DNA of 64,000 nt from an uncultured Rivularia sp. Lineage in GTDB: Bacteria > Cyanobacteriota > Cyanobacteriia > Cyanobacteriales > Nostocaceae. The position numbers and the translations under genes are program-made. The stretch's first letter is position 1, and the number at the start of each line of letters is the position of its first letter. Shown here piece by piece: positions 23,399 to 36,700 of the stretch. The DNA is taken from assembly GCA_963665115.1 (NCBI GenBank), contig OY762007.1:1216001-1280000 (forward strand), in the 5' to 3' direction. The notes beneath the pieces are model-generated. The model was not told the origin of the DNA. It saw only the letters and a program-made list of their open reading frames with translations, and did no database searches.

Positions 23399-24685
23399 AT
23401 GAGGATTTTAGTAGTTGAGGATGACAAGTGTATTACCAAAGCTTTGGAAAATATTCTTAGCAATCAACACTATGTCGTGGATATTGCCGAGAATGGTTTG
23501 CTTGGCTGGGAGTTTGTGGAGGCTTTCACCTATGACTTAATTTTGTTAGATGTAATTTTACCCGAACTTGATGGCATTGAATTTTGCCAGAAGTTACGAG
23601 AACATAACTATCAAATGCCCGTTTTATTATTAACAGCCCAAAACTCTAGCAATGATAAAGTGTTGGGATTAGATGCTGGAGCGGATGATTATGTTGTTAA
23701 ACCTTTTGAAGTCACTGAATTGTTAGCTCGAATTCGAGTTTTACTGCGTCGGAAAAATACACCAATACAAGCAGTTTTGCAATGGGAGAACCTGCGGCTG
23801 AATCCTGGTAGCACGGAAGTGACTTATAACAGTGATTTACTAAACCTGACTCCCAAGGAGTATCGTTTACTTGAACTTTTTCTTCGTAATAGCAATATTG
23901 TTTTTAGTAGAAGTGAGATTTTAGATCATTTGTGGTCTATGGAAGAAGCACCCAAAGAAGATACAGTTACAGCCCATATTAAAGGTTTACGGCACAAGCT
24001 GACGAGAGCGGGGGCACCGAGCGATTTAATTGAAACTGTTTATGGTTTGGGTTATCGTCTTAAAGAAATTGATCGCGCTAAAGTAAAATCCTCTGAGGAA
24101 AAACCTCGCAAGAAACTAAATAATAAACAAAGTAACAAACAGCAGCAGGCGAAGGAAGCATTGATTAAAACGTGGGAAAAGCTAAAAGCACTAAATATTG
24201 AACGCATCACTATTTTAGAGCAAGCTGTTAGCGCATTGTTAAAGAATAATAAAAGCGAAGAATTAATAGAAAAGGCGCAAAATGTAGCGCACCAATTTGC
24301 TGGAGGGTTAGGCATCTTTGGTTTTACTGAAGGTTCGCATCTAGCCAGAGAAATAGAGCAAATTTTTAAATCGAGAGTTAATTTAGACAGAACTCAAGGA
24401 CTTCATTTGAGAGAATTGGTAAAACTTTTACAGCGGGAAATACAACAGCCTGCGTTTAACAGCGATTGCAAACCCGTACAATGCGATAAATATTCTGTAA
24501 TGCTGGTAATTAATGATGATGTAAAACTAGCGAGGAACATAGTTAAATCTGCTATTGCATCGGGAATACATATAGAATCAGTACAAAATTTATTCGCAGC
24601 AAAAGAAGCATTAAACAAGCCTCAAGTTGATGCAGTATTGGTCAATCCTTCCCTTGATAAGACAACTGAAGAGGTTAAAGGTTAA
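23399..24685 (+). CDS. rfpB: FaRLiP DNA-binding response regulator (REC-winged helix-Hpt-partial REC)
   Basis: MRILVVEDD, LTPKEYRLLELF, IETVYGLGYRL, Hpt-like AHQFAGGLGIFG. First gene of rfpBAC. The C-terminal REC stops in a tandem repeat. Confidence 0.85.
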   Translation: MRILVVEDDKCITKALENILSNQHYVVDIAENGLLGWEFVEAFTYDLILLDVILPELDGIEFCQKLREHNYQMPVLLLTAQNSSNDKVLGLDAGADDYVVKPFEVTELLARIRVLLRRKNTPIQAVLQWENLRLNPGSTEVTYNSDLLNLTPKEYRLLELFLRNSNIVFSRSEILDHLWSMEEAPKEDTVTAHIKGLRHKLTRAGAPSDLIETVYGLGYRLKEIDRAKVKSSEEKPRKKLNNKQSNKQQQAKEALIKTWEKLKALNIERITILEQAVSALLKNNKSEELIEKAQNVAHQFAGGLGIFGFTEGSHLAREIEQIFKSRVNLDRTQGLHLRELVKLLQREIQQPAFNSDCKPVQCDKYSVMLVINDDVKLARNIVKSAIASGIHIESVQNLFAAKEALNKPQVDAVLVNPSLDKTTEEVKG

Positions 24686-24739
24686 AGGTCAAAGGTTAAA
24701 GGTCAAAGGTTAAAGGTCAAAGGTTAAAGGTCAAAGGTT
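24670..24739. repeat. Alternating heptamer tandem repeat (AAAGGTT/AAAGGTC) x ~10
   Basis: Seen directly; it supplies the rfpB stop codon. Confidence 0.9.
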
Positions 24740-24796
24740 AATAAGGCTTGTTTTTAATCTAAAACAAAAATATCCGTTGTTAAAACCCAAAATAGA

Positions 24797-27362
24797 ATGA
24801 CTCAGTTTAATAACCCACATCCGCAAATATCAAATAATTCCTCTATCAATGATGAAAAGCCAATTGCTTCTGTGGAGGTACTTTTACACCGGATGATGAA
24901 TCGGATTCGGCAATCCCTGGAATTACCTGCAATTCTCACCGGAAACTGTGGCAGAAGTCCGTACTTTCTTGGAGACAGACAGAGTTAAGGTTTATCGTTT
25001 TGATGCAGATGGCAGTGGAGAAGTGGTTGCTGAATCTGTTGTCAAAGAGCGCTTACCATCTCTTTTAGGACAACATTTTCCCGCAGAAGATATTCCACCC
25101 GAAGCACGCGAATTATTTATCAAAGCACGTCAGCGTTCAATTGTGAATTTAGCTACACAACAAATTGGCGTGAGTCCTTTGGATTGTCCGGAAACTGGAG
25201 AGTCTTTAGCACAAGATGATATTCGGTTTCGTCCTGTAGATGAATGTCATATCGAATATCTCACCTCAATGGGGGTACAGTCGTCATTAGTGGTGCCGAT
25301 TTTACATCACGACCAACTATGGGGATTATTGGTATCTCATCACAGTTTGCCACGTCAGGTAACAGAGCGAGAATTGCAGATTGTTCAGCTAGTTGCAGAC
25401 CAATTATCAATTGCGATCGCACAAAGTACTTTACTCGAACAAACCCGTGCCCGAGCAGCACAGGAAACTACAATTAATCGAGTCGCCAAGCTGTTGCATT
25501 CGATGACGGAGATGCAGTTACAGCAAGCATTGGAATTAACTGTATCTGGATTGCAAGGGGCGGGTGGTAGAGTTTACATTTTTCCGCAAAATCTCCAAGA
25601 GGAAGCACAATTGTTTGTTTCTGGAGAGTGGGTTAATAAAGATGAAGAAAAATTTGAGGAACATCCGACTTGGCAAGAGTGGTTGGGAAAGCAAGCAACT
25701 GTTGGGAATGGAATTAAAGCTTGGATAATTCCAGATTTGCATCAAGTTGCGCTGCCAGAATATTTAGAATCGGTTTTTTCAAACAGTAATATTCGCAGCT
25801 TGCTAGTTATCGAACTAAAATCTCGTCAGCAGAGCTTAGGTTATTTGAGTATATTTCGTCATGAAATTGAAATTGAAACTTTGTGGGCAAGAAGAGCCGA
25901 TCGCAATGATTCGCGACAACAGCGTCCAATAATATCTTTTGAAACATGGCGAGAATTAAAGCAAGGTCAAGTACAATCATGGATTGAGGCAGAAATTGAA
26001 CTTGCTTTGGCTTTAGGAAGTCACTTTGCCACAGCAATTCATCAATATGAACTGTATCAGCAAGTATACGCTCTCAATATTGACTTAGAACAAGATATCG
26101 AAGAGCGTAAGCAAGCAGAATTCAAAATATCTGCCTTAAATGCCCAATTAGAACAGCGAGTGCAGGAACGAACAGTAGAATTACGACGAGAAATTAACGA
26201 ACGCGAGCAAGCAAAAGCCTCACTCGAACGCCTTAGTCGGCAAAGCGGGTTAATCTTGAACTCCGCAGGAGAGGGAATTTGTGGTTTAAATGCTCAAGGT
26301 AAACTCACTTTTATCAACCCAGCAGCAGCGAGAATGTTGGGATATCGAGTAGAAGAATTGATTGTTTCAATCGCTAATAAGGATTCAGATTCGTACCCAA
26401 AATACATTCTCTCTGAATTTCCGCATCAGTCTGGAGAAAGATTTATGCACGTTATATTAAACCACTCCCAACCAGACGGAAGTCCTTACCCTTGGGAAGA
26501 AAATCCTATTTATGCCACCTTAAAAACTGGAGCAGTGCAACATATTACTGACGATATATTTTACCGTCGAAATAAAACAAAATTTCCTGTAGAGTATGTT
26601 AGTACACCAATTTTAGAAAAGAGTAAGATTGTAGGTGCTGTTGTCATTTTCAAGGATATTACCGAACGACAAATAATAGAGCGAATGAAAAATGAGTTTG
26701 TCTCAGTTGTCAGTCACGAACTGCGGACACCTTTAACTTCAATTCGCAGTGCTTTAGGTTTACTTTCAAAGGGTTCGTTGAATAATCAACCCGCTAAAAG
26801 TCAGCGGATGATGGAAATTGCCTTTGATAATACCAACCGCTTGGTGCGTTTAATTAATGACATTCTTGATATTGAACGCATCAATTCCGGCAAAGTGACG
26901 ATGGAAAAACAACATTGCAATGCTGGACAATTGACGATCCAAGCAGTAGATGAAATGCGAGCAATGGCTGAGAAAGCAGAAATTAAACTTGCTTTGAAAC
27001 CTGTTGAAATCCAATTATGGGCAGATCCAGATAGAATCGTTCAAACATTAACCAATTTACTCAGTAATGCAATTAAATTTTCGCCAGCAAATAGTACAGT
27101 TTCCCTTAGTGGAAAGCTGCAAGATTCTCAAATATTATTTCAAGTAAAAGATCGAGGTAGAGGAATTCCTGAAGATAAACTAGAAACCATTTTTGACCGC
27201 TTTCAACAAGTTGATGCTTCTAATTCTCGAAATCAAGGAGGTACGGGTTTAGGGTTAGCAATTTGTCGCAGCATTGTACAACAGCATGGTGGTAATATTT
27301 GGGTTGAAAGTACTTTGGATCGTGGTAGTACTTTTTACTTTACGTTACCTATTAGTAATTAG
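24797..27362 (+). CDS. rfpA: Knotless phytochrome histidine kinase (GAF-PHY-PAS-HK); apparent frameshift at ~24940
   Basis: FPAEDIPPEAR, RPVDECHIEYLTSMGV (bilin Cys), RPIISFETW, SHELRTPL, GGTGLGL. Removing one base joins 24797..24988 to 24948..27362. Confidence 0.92.
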
Positions 27363-27386
27363 CGATTATTTATTAGAAAAAAACAA

Positions 27387-27759
27387 ATGAGCAAACGCAT
27401 TTTAATAATTGATGACGATAAAGATATCCGAGAAGCCACTCAAATGTGTCTAGAAATTTTAGGCTCATGGGAAGTATTGAGTGCTGGTTTCAGGTAAAGA
27501 AGGTTTAGTTACAGCAGCAGCCGAGGTACCCGATGCTATTCTTTTAGATGTAATGATGCCTGAGATGGACGGTTTGACAACTTTTGAGAAGCTACAAGAG
27601 AATCCTGTTACTAAAAATATTCCTGTGATTTTACTAACAGCAAAAGCTCAACCTGCCGAAAAGCGTCATTTTACTCAACTTCGTGTAGCGGGGGTAATTA
27701 CTAAGCCTTACGATCCGTTTACTTTGGCTGATGAAATTACACAGGTTTTGAAGCGATAG
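27387..27759 (+). CDS. rfpC: CheY-like single-domain response regulator; apparent frameshift at ~27489
   Basis: MSKRILIIDDDKDIREATQMCLE...WEVLSAG then SGKEG...DAILLDVMMP...LLTA...KPYD after removing one T. Confidence 0.88.
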
Positions 27760-27857
27760 TTTTAGCCCGTTAATACTTGTTGTATCGTTTATGTAGAGTA
27801 AGCGATCGCGGTAATAGGAACTAAATGGTACTAATAGCCCGAAAGCATTCGTGACAA

Positions 27858-28901
27858 TTACAAGACAAACTCTTCCGTAACCACAGCATCTTGATAAATG
27901 GCTTCCACTTTAAACTGTTTACCAGCAGCTTCGCTAAATGCTAACTGAATAATTTGGTCGGATTCTCTAGCAATCGCCGATTCACTTTCTGGTTCATCAG
28001 TATTATAATTCAGCGTTACTTTCAGTTGCAAACCTTGTGGTAAACAATATTCATTTTGAGAACGAATTTGTGCAAGTACACCTATCTCTTGATTTTCTTC
28101 AAGTCTCATATTAATTGTTAATGCAAAGCGCTGATTATTTAGTAATAATCCAAAGTCAAATAATTTACCCCTTCTAACTGCAAAATCAGATGACTGAGTA
28201 TTTCTTCTGGTTGCACTTGCATAACTAAGATTAGGCATTTGTGGTGTTAAAATATTTTCAATAGATTGCCAACTTTCTTCAAATAATCCACTCCACCATT
28301 GAGAAAGATTAACAAGGGATTGAGTAACTTTGTGAGGAATATTTTCTGCTGATTTAGGTAAAGGAATAGCTTCTATTTCCAGAAAGCGAATATATAAGAA
28401 TAAATTGTTCACTTCACTATCAAAGCTAGAAAGCGGAATTTTACAAATCTCAGAGTTTTGACTTGGAGATAATTCATCATGTCGTATTATTCCATGAATT
28501 GTTAACTGTTCGGCTTCTTCTAAAATTTCAACTAATACATAGAAGTGAGCAGCAAGTTGTGGTGATATGATATTTTCTTGATGAATAGAAACTAAATTGT
28601 CATAAAGACTATCTACAGTAATTAGTTGAACCTTAAATTCACCAACTTGTAAATTAACGTTCTTCTGTTGAGAATCTGCATCGAGTTGCTTAACTTCGAT
28701 ATCTGGGATTTGTTCTTGTAACCATTCTTCAAAACCGAATAAAGCTAGTTGATTTAAATAAACTCTCCATTGATTTTTCTCACCATCAATATTTTGACTA
28801 ATATTGATAGCTTTCTCATAATGTTCTGGTTCTAAACAAGCAATCCTTGGTTTAATTCGTTGGCTAAAATCTTGTTCTGCTTGTAAGGATAATCTAGTCA
28901 T
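27858..28901 (-). CDS. DUF1822-family protein
   Basis: WRVYLNQLALFGFEEWL, AAHFYVLVEILEE, VNLSQWWSGLFEESWQ, LPQGLQL, EEFVL. Confidence 0.8.
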   Translation of the reverse strand: MTRLSLQAEQDFSQRIKPRIACLEPEHYEKAINISQNIDGEKNQWRVYLNQLALFGFEEWLQEQIPDIEVKQLDADSQQKNVNLQVGEFKVQLITVDSLYDNLVSIHQENIISPQLAAHFYVLVEILEEAEQLTIHGIIRHDELSPSQNSEICKIPLSSFDSEVNNLFLYIRFLEIEAIPLPKSAENIPHKVTQSLVNLSQWWSGLFEESWQSIENILTPQMPNLSYASATRRNTQSSDFAVRRGKLFDFGLLLNNQRFALTINMRLEENQEIGVLAQIRSQNEYCLPQGLQLKVTLNYNTDEPESESAIARESDQIIQLAFSEAAGKQFKVEAIYQDAVVTEEFVL

Positions 28902-28924
28902 GGTGTTTTTATATATGATTATTT

Positions 28925-30496
28925 TTATGCTGCGTTTCTTTTCTGATTGATATACTCTCGCAATCTTTGAGCAAATAAGCTATTTTTATAAAGGCTCCTT
29001 GATGCTGTAATTTCTGCATAAGCTTCTTTAAATGCTATTTCATACAAAAAATTTCTTACCTGTTGTGCTATATCTCGTAAATTATTCGGGTTGCAAGATA
29101 CTTCCTCCGTAAAAAATTTGCTAGCTTTTTCTTGAATTTGTTCTATGAAACTCTTCTCGGAAAAAGACTGAACATTTTCAATTAGTTCGCTCAATTGAAA
29201 TATACGTCTGGCTTTTGCCCAATTTGTTTTCCATAATTGTGCAATTTCTTTCAAACTCAAAGGATTATTTGTTTGGTAATAGAGTTGTAATCCTTGGATA
29301 AATTTTGGAGCATAGGCAGAATAATTCTTTTTTTTAGATAAAAATACCACTCGTTGAGGAATGATTGATGAAATTGCGTTAAATAATATTTTATTTGGTA
29401 ATTTATTCAAAAGTTCTCGTAATTCAATCTCTTCTATATATTCGCAGTTAAGATTTTTAATATAAGACGCATTCGGATTAAAATCAGAATTATTATTATC
29501 TTTATCTATAGAACCAGCTTTAGGACTTCCTATCCTGGTAGAATACTCATCTTGACGTAATATTTCTGCAATTTTTTGAAAACTTTGAATCAACTCATGA
29601 ACAGAACTAAGTATAATGTCTTTATCCTGTAATAAATCAAGCATTTCTTCTAACTGTGGGTGTGTTGGTTCGGAACACCTACCCCTTTGATGAAATTTTC
29701 GTCTATCTCTTCTATAAACTGCATGAAAAACTTTTATTAATTGATGTTCCTTATTAGTGAAATGAGTATCGAGCGATTGAGGGACTTCTCTACATAATAA
29801 AGACCAATCGCTAGAAATCCAAATTCCAAGCTCTAATAAAAATATTTGTAAGTTCTTATTTTGTCTAATACATCTGATACACCAATTATCTAAACTTTCA
29901 CTATTCTTGTTACTAGATAAATTTGGATTGTAAGTTCTTAAAATATCGACACTAAAAAAATTTCCTTCTCTAGGTATTGATTGAGTAGAACCATTTTTAT
30001 TAAAAATTAGTTGAGTTTTATCATCGCAGTCCATAACAATGAAGGTACTACCGTCATCGTTGAGAACGTATGATAACAAGTCTGGTAATAATGTATAATT
30101 ATTGGGACTTTTGTTCGCGAGTATTTGACAACCTTTAATAATAGCGTGAGATAAATAGCATCTTAAACAAAGCCCTGCCTCAGCACGTTTTTTACCATCA
30201 AGATTAACATCATGGAATATTTTCCACAGATGTACTTGAACATATTGATTTTCTGCCTTAGATAAATTTGTTTGACTACTTAATTGTGGTAATTCATCTC
30301 TAAAAAACTCTTTTGCTAAAGTTGATTGTTTCTCTCTATAACAAGAAGTCAGTTTACCATCTTTATCAAAAGGATTAGCGATAATGCACATTGTCCAATA
30401 TCTTGATGTATTTGTATCCATATTTTTGTTGTTCATCGGAATTAGTTCATAAGTTCTCATATTGAGATTTGCGATAAAAACGGGATTGGTAAACAA
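28925..30496 (-). CDS. Large sigma-70-like / HTH protein paired with DUF1822
   Basis: AGLCLRCYLS, SDWSLL, FHAVYRRDR, C-terminal HTH LSLKEIAQLW...ARRI. Paralog at 59703..61175. True start may be an internal ATG. Confidence 0.6.
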   Translation of the reverse strand: MFTNPVFIANLNMRTYELIPMNNKNMDTNTSRYWTMCIIANPFDKDGKLTSCYREKQSTLAKEFFRDELPQLSSQTNLSKAENQYVQVHLWKIFHDVNLDGKKRAEAGLCLRCYLSHAIIKGCQILANKSPNNYTLLPDLLSYVLNDDGSTFIVMDCDDKTQLIFNKNGSTQSIPREGNFFSVDILRTYNPNLSSNKNSESLDNWCIRCIRQNKNLQIFLLELGIWISSDWSLLCREVPQSLDTHFTNKEHQLIKVFHAVYRRDRRKFHQRGRCSEPTHPQLEEMLDLLQDKDIILSSVHELIQSFQKIAEILRQDEYSTRIGSPKAGSIDKDNNNSDFNPNASYIKNLNCEYIEEIELRELLNKLPNKILFNAISSIIPQRVVFLSKKKNYSAYAPKFIQGLQLYYQTNNPLSLKEIAQLWKTNWAKARRIFQLSELIENVQSFSEKSFIEQIQEKASKFFTEEVSCNPNNLRDIAQQVRNFLYEIAFKEAYAEITASRSLYKNSLFAQRLREYINQKRNAA

Positions 30497-30733
30497 AATC
30501 TGTCATGCTTTGTCCAGTCGAGCTTACATCTATATATAGATTGGGGATTTTTTACCTATACATTTTTCTTGGAATCTCCTTGTCATCTATCTAATGGTTG
30601 ATTATTTAACAAAAACTTTCACATAACATTAGGTAACATTTTTTACACAAAAAGTAATATTTTTATGGCACATCAAATAACATCATATAGTCAATAAGGA
30701 TACACAGGATATTACAACCATAAGGAACTGATA

Positions 30734-33700
30734 ATGCAGGTACTGGTGAATCTAAGGTTTCATGATGGTGATTTTCAGCATGGATTTGAGAAAACTACCC
30801 TTAGTGGGATTGTAACTGGTAGTCAAAATTCTACAGAACTAGAAACTCGACTACCCCCTGCACCTTTAATCCCTGGTTTGTATCAAAGTTGGCAGGAGAA
30901 ATACTGTGAGTTAGTGGAAACTCGCGTCAGAAAAATTGTACCCAAAGAACTGATAACCACAAGAGGTTTTAGTAAACAACAATCTACTAATTTCTCTTAT
31001 TACGAGTGTCAGCAGAATTGCAATCAATATGCTGAAGATTTGCGTACTCAAATTAATCAATGGCTGGCTGCAATTAAGTCACAATTAGAAACTGATTTTA
31101 AGTTAGATACAAATTCAGAAATTTTATTAACTATCAATACTGAAAATATTACATCCCAATTTACAAAGGATATTTTACATCGTTTACCTTGGCGGGAATG
31201 GGATTATTTTAATCGTTGTTCTGGTTTTGAAATCGCTTTGTGCTTGAGCAAATTTCAGTCAAATTCCACCAAAATTGTTGACGATGGGATATTTAGAAGA
31301 GTTAGGATTACTAGTATATTTGGTGATAGCACAGATATCGATATTGCTGGCGATCGCCAATTAATCGCAAAACTCCAAAAGCGGGGAGCAGAATTAATAA
31401 ATCTTGAGCAACCACAACGTCAAGATTTTATTAAATTATGGGATGAACCTTGCGATATTTTATTTTATAGCGGTCATAGTGAAAGTAGTATTGATGGTAC
31501 TCTTGGTTCGCTACAAATTAGTAGTACGGAAAGTTTAAGTTTACAGGAAATTAGAAATACTTTTCAAGAAGCTATTAGAAAAGGTTTAAAGTTAGCGATA
31601 TTTAATTCCTGCGATGGTTTGGGTTTAGCTAAGCAATTAGCAGATTTACATTTGCCTTATATTATAGTTTGGCGCGAACCCGTACCAGATAAAATAGCTC
31701 AAAAGTTTCTGGAGTATTTTCTCAGTTCTTATGCTGAAGGTAAATCTTTATTTAACTCGGTGCGAGATGCCAGAATTAAGCTGGTTGAATTAACAAATAG
31801 TGCTGAAAAAGAAAATCTTATTCCGGGATTGGAATGGTTGCCGATTATCTGTAAAAATACAACTGATGCTCCTCCGACTTGGGAAGATTTGGGAGGACTT
31901 ACGGGTAAACTTCCTGACTGCCCTTATCAGGGTTTATCCGCATTTAGGGAAGAAGATAAGGAATTCTTTTTTGGTCGGGATGATGTAATTGCAGACTTAG
32001 TAGAAGTTGTTAATAGTAAATCTTTTATTCCCGTTATTGGTGCTTCTGGTAGTGGGAAATCTTCTGTGGTATTCGCGGGATTGGTTCCGCAATTGAGGAA
32101 TGTTGGTAACGTACAGATTGTATCCTTTCGTCCGGGAAAGAATCCTTTTGATGCTTTGACTGTAGCATTAAGTCGAATTCAAAATGTTGAACTAAACAAT
32201 AACCGATTGCAAGAATTGGAATTAGAAATCAACTTGGAACATGATGAGAAAGCATTATGCGAGTTGATTGAACACTTGAATGACCTAACCCCCCAGCCCC
32301 CTTCCCTGCGAGGGAAGGGGGAGAAATTAAAGCCCCTCTCCTCACAGGAGAGAGGTTTGGAGAGAGGTTTCCCCCCAACGCTTCGTACTAATAGCCGACC
32401 AATTTGAAGAACTTTACACCTTAACTGAAGATTCCCTGCGTCAATCTTTCCTTGATTTATTACTTTATACAGTACAGAATACTCCCCTCTTTAGTTTGGT
32501 ATTGACGCTCAGGGCTGATTTTATGGGGAAAGTGCTGGATTATCAACCGATGGGTGAAGCTTTTCAAAAGTATCCCCCGGTGTTGCTGACTCCCATGAAA
32601 CCCGAAGAATTACAAGCAGCGATCGCACAACCAGCAGCGAAATTGAAGGTGGAGTTAGAGCAGGGGTTGACAAGTAAGTTAATTGATGATTTAGGCAATC
32701 AACCCGGACGTTTACCTTTATTAGAGTTTACCTTGTCGCTGCTGTGGGAGAAACACGATAAATGGTATCTTACACACAAGGCTTATGCAGAAATTGGTGG
32801 TTTAGAAAAGGCTTTAGCGAAATATGCGGATGGTGTTTTGAATCCGTTATCCGCTGTTGATAAAGAAAAAGCCGAACGCATATTTATTCAGCTAATTCGT
32901 CCGGGGGAAGGTACGGAAGATACTAAGCGTAAAGCTACCTGTGGAGAAGTTGGGGAAGATAATTGGGATTTGGTGGAGTTTTTAGCGAATAAGCGTTTGG
33001 TGGTGACTGGTTGGGATGAAAGCAGTCAACAGCAAACGGTAGAGATTGTTCACGAAGCTTTGATTCGGGAATGGGGAATGTTGCGGGAGTGGATACACAG
33101 CAATCGTAGGTTCCGGATTTGGCAGGAGCGATTACAATTTGAATTAGTGAAATGGGAAGACAAGAAGCGCGATCGCGATTATTTATTAAACGGTGGTGGT
33201 TTAGGTGAAGCGGAAGCTTGGTTAAATGATCGTAAATATCGGAAGTATTTGAGTGATTCGCAACGGGAGTTTATTCGGGAGAGTTTGGAGAAGCAGGATA
33301 AGGAAGAAAAGGAAAAAGTAAGGTTACAAAGACGTGCGATTAAATGGCTTTCTGGTGGTTTGGTTGCAGCTTCCTTGGCTACTGGGTTTGCTGGTTGGAA
33401 TTGGGTGAAAGCAGAGGTAAGCGCGACAACAAGCAAAATTAATAGTTTCAAAGTGAATTCAGAATATCTTTTTGGTTCGCAGCAGTATGAAAGTGCATTA
33501 ATAGAAGGTATAAAAGGGAATGAATTATTAGAAAATACCTGGTTGCAAAGATGGATACCAAATGATTCAAAAAGGGAAGTTAAATTAGCTCTGTATAATG
33601 CTATTCATAATTCTATATTAGAAAAAAGCACTATTACTACTGGAAAGAAACCCGTTATAAGCTTGGAATATAGTCCGAATGGTAATATTATTGCTTTCAC

Positions 33701-36700
33701 GTCAGAGAATACAATCAAATTATGGTCTGCTGAAAATGGTCAATTACTTCATACTTTATCTGGACATAAAGATAGGGTTTTAACTGTAAAATTTAGCCCA
33801 GATGGAAAAACTATTGCTACCGCATCATTTGATGGAACAGCTAAATTATGGTCTGCTGAAAATGGTCAATTACTTCATACTTTATCTGGACATAAAGATA
33901 AGGTTTTAAATGTAAAATTTAGCCCAGATGGAAAAACTATTGCTACCGCATCAGAGGATAATACAGTCAAAGTGTGGTCATTTGATGGTAAGTTAGTAGA
34001 TACTTTATCTGAACATAAAGATGGAGTTTTAAATGTAGAATTTAGCCCAGATGGTACAACTATTGCTACCGCATCATTTGATGGAACAGCTAAATTATGG
34101 TCTGCTGAAAATGGTCAATTACTTCATACTTTATCTGGACATAAAGATAAGGTTTTAAATATAGAATTTAGCCCAGATGGTACAACTATTGCTACCGCAT
34201 CAGAGGATAATACAGTCAAAGTGTGGTCAATTAATCGTAGATTACTCTACACTCTATCAGGGAATAACGTGAAGTTTAGCCCGGATAGTAAAATTATTGC
34301 TACTGCTTCAAGAGATGATGGAACAGCCAAATTATGGTCAATTAATGATGGTAAATTACTCCACACTTTATCTGGACGTAGCGTAGAATTTAATCCGGTT
34401 GGTAAAACTATTGCTACCAGATCATTTGATAATACAGTGAAATTGTGGTCATTTGATGGCAAGTTACTGCATACTTGGTCTGGATATAACGTCAAATTTA
34501 GCCCAAATGGTAAAACTATTGCTACTGCTTCACTAGATGATGGAACAGCCAAATTATGGTCAATTAATGATGGTAAATTACTCCACACTTTATCAGGAGA
34601 TAGGGTTAAATTCAGCCCAAATGGTAAAACTATTGCTACCGTATCATTTGATAATACAGTATTGTGGCTAAGAAAATTATCGTCAATAAAATTATGGTCA
34701 ATCGATGGTAGATTACTCCACACTTTACCAGGAAATAGCGTAGAATTTAGCCCCGATAGTAAAACTATTGCCACAATTTCAAGGGATAATAGAATTAATA
34801 AAACTACAGTGAAATTGTGGTCAATCGATGGTAAATTACTCCACACTTTACCAGGAAATAACCATACTTTACCAGGAAATAATGTTACATTTAGCCCCGA
34901 TAGTAAAACTATTGCCACAATTTCAAGCGATTATGGAATCAATAACCATACAGTGAAATTATGGTCAATCAATGGTAGATTACTTCACACCTTATCAGGA
35001 AATAATGTTAATTTTAGCCCTGATAGTAAAACTATTGCTTCTTCAAAAGATGGAAAAGTAGAATTTTGGTCAATTGATGGTCAATTTCTCTACACTTTAT
35101 CAGGATATAATGTTAAATTTAGCCCGGATAGTAAAACTATTGCTACCACATCATCTAGTAAAATAAATTTGTGGTCAATTGATGGTAAATTTCTCCATAC
35201 TCTATTAGGGAATTCATCAAGAAATGATGTTAAATTTAGCCCGGATAGTAAAACTATTGCTACCATTTCAAGGAATAACGATATATTCAGTAATACAGTG
35301 AAATTATGGTCTATTAATGGTAGATTTCTCTACAAGTTATCCGCAAATAGCGTGGAATTTAGCCCAGACAGTAAAACTATTGCTACTTCATCATTTAGTA
35401 AAATAAAATTGTGGTCAATCGATGGTAGATTACTCAACACTTTATCAGGAAATGGCGGAGAATTTAGCCCTGATAGTAAAACTATTGCTACAATTTCAAG
35501 CGATAATAGAATTAATAAAACTACAGTTAAATTGTGGTCAATTGATGGTAAATTCCTCCAAGATTTATCAGGGAATACCGTAGAATTTAGCCCGGATGGT
35601 AAAACTATTGCTTCCGTTTCAGACAATCATATAGTAAAATTATGGAATTGGAATTTTGATAATTTACTAAGTCAAGGTTGTAAGAAACTTGAAGGTTACT
35701 TAATTAACCGTCCAGATAAACTTAAAGAACTTAAAGTTTGTCAAAACCCAGAAATATTAATCGCAGCTGCTTCTACTTTAGTAAGACAAGGTGAGGATTT
35801 AGCTAAAAATGGTGATTCTGCAAGAGTTGTGGCGATGTTTCGTCAAGCTCAAGAATGGAATCCTAAATTAAATATTAACCCAGAGATAAAAGCAAAGGCA
35901 CGATATTTGGTTACTTTAGGTAGAGATTTGGCGAGAAATGGCGATTTTGAAGATGCAATAGAAAAGTTGGAAAAAGCAAAGCAGCTTGATGTTAATATTG
36001 ACCTTGATCCACAAACTGAAGAATTAGATAATAACCCCTCGTCAGTAGCAGGAGAGCTTACAGCCCGATATTTAGTTAGTCAAAGTAGATTTGCGAGAAA
36101 TGGCAATTTTGAAGATATGCTAAAAAAGTTAGAAAAAGCAAAGCAGCTTGATGCAAATATTGACCTTAATCCATTCACTAAAAAATTAGATAACAACCCT
36201 TCTTCAGTAGTAAGAGAGCTTAGAGCAGCATTTATGGTTCGCGAAGGATTAGATTTAATACAAAAAGGTGATTTTAAAGCTGCTATCGCAAAGTTAGAAA
36301 AAGCACAACAGCTTGATGCAAATATCGACTTTAATCCACAAACTAGAGAATTAGATAATAGTCCCCCTGAAGCATTAGTAAAAGAGTTTAAAGCAGCATC
36401 TATTGTTCGCGAAGGAGGAGCATTAATACAAAAGGATAATTTAAAAGGTGCTATAGAAAAGTTTAAAGAAGCACAACAATTTTATCCAGATATTGACCTC
36501 AATCCATTAACTAAAAAATTAGATAACAATCCGAAACTAGCAGCTAGAGAACTTACAGCAATATTTCTTGTCCGCAAAGGAGAACAATTAGTTAGAAAAG
36601 GTGATTTAGAAGGTGCTGTAGAAAAATTTAAAAAAGCACAGCAATTCGATGTAAATATTGATCTAAATCCACGAACTAAAGAATTGGATACTAATCCTGA

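Noticed and set aside
33700..35650. WD40 DNA repeats as a CRISPR or DGR template/variable pair; antisense ORFs 34247..34918 and 35330..35626
   Set aside because: The repeats are in-frame coding units, no reverse transcriptase is present in the window, and the antisense ORFs are shadows.
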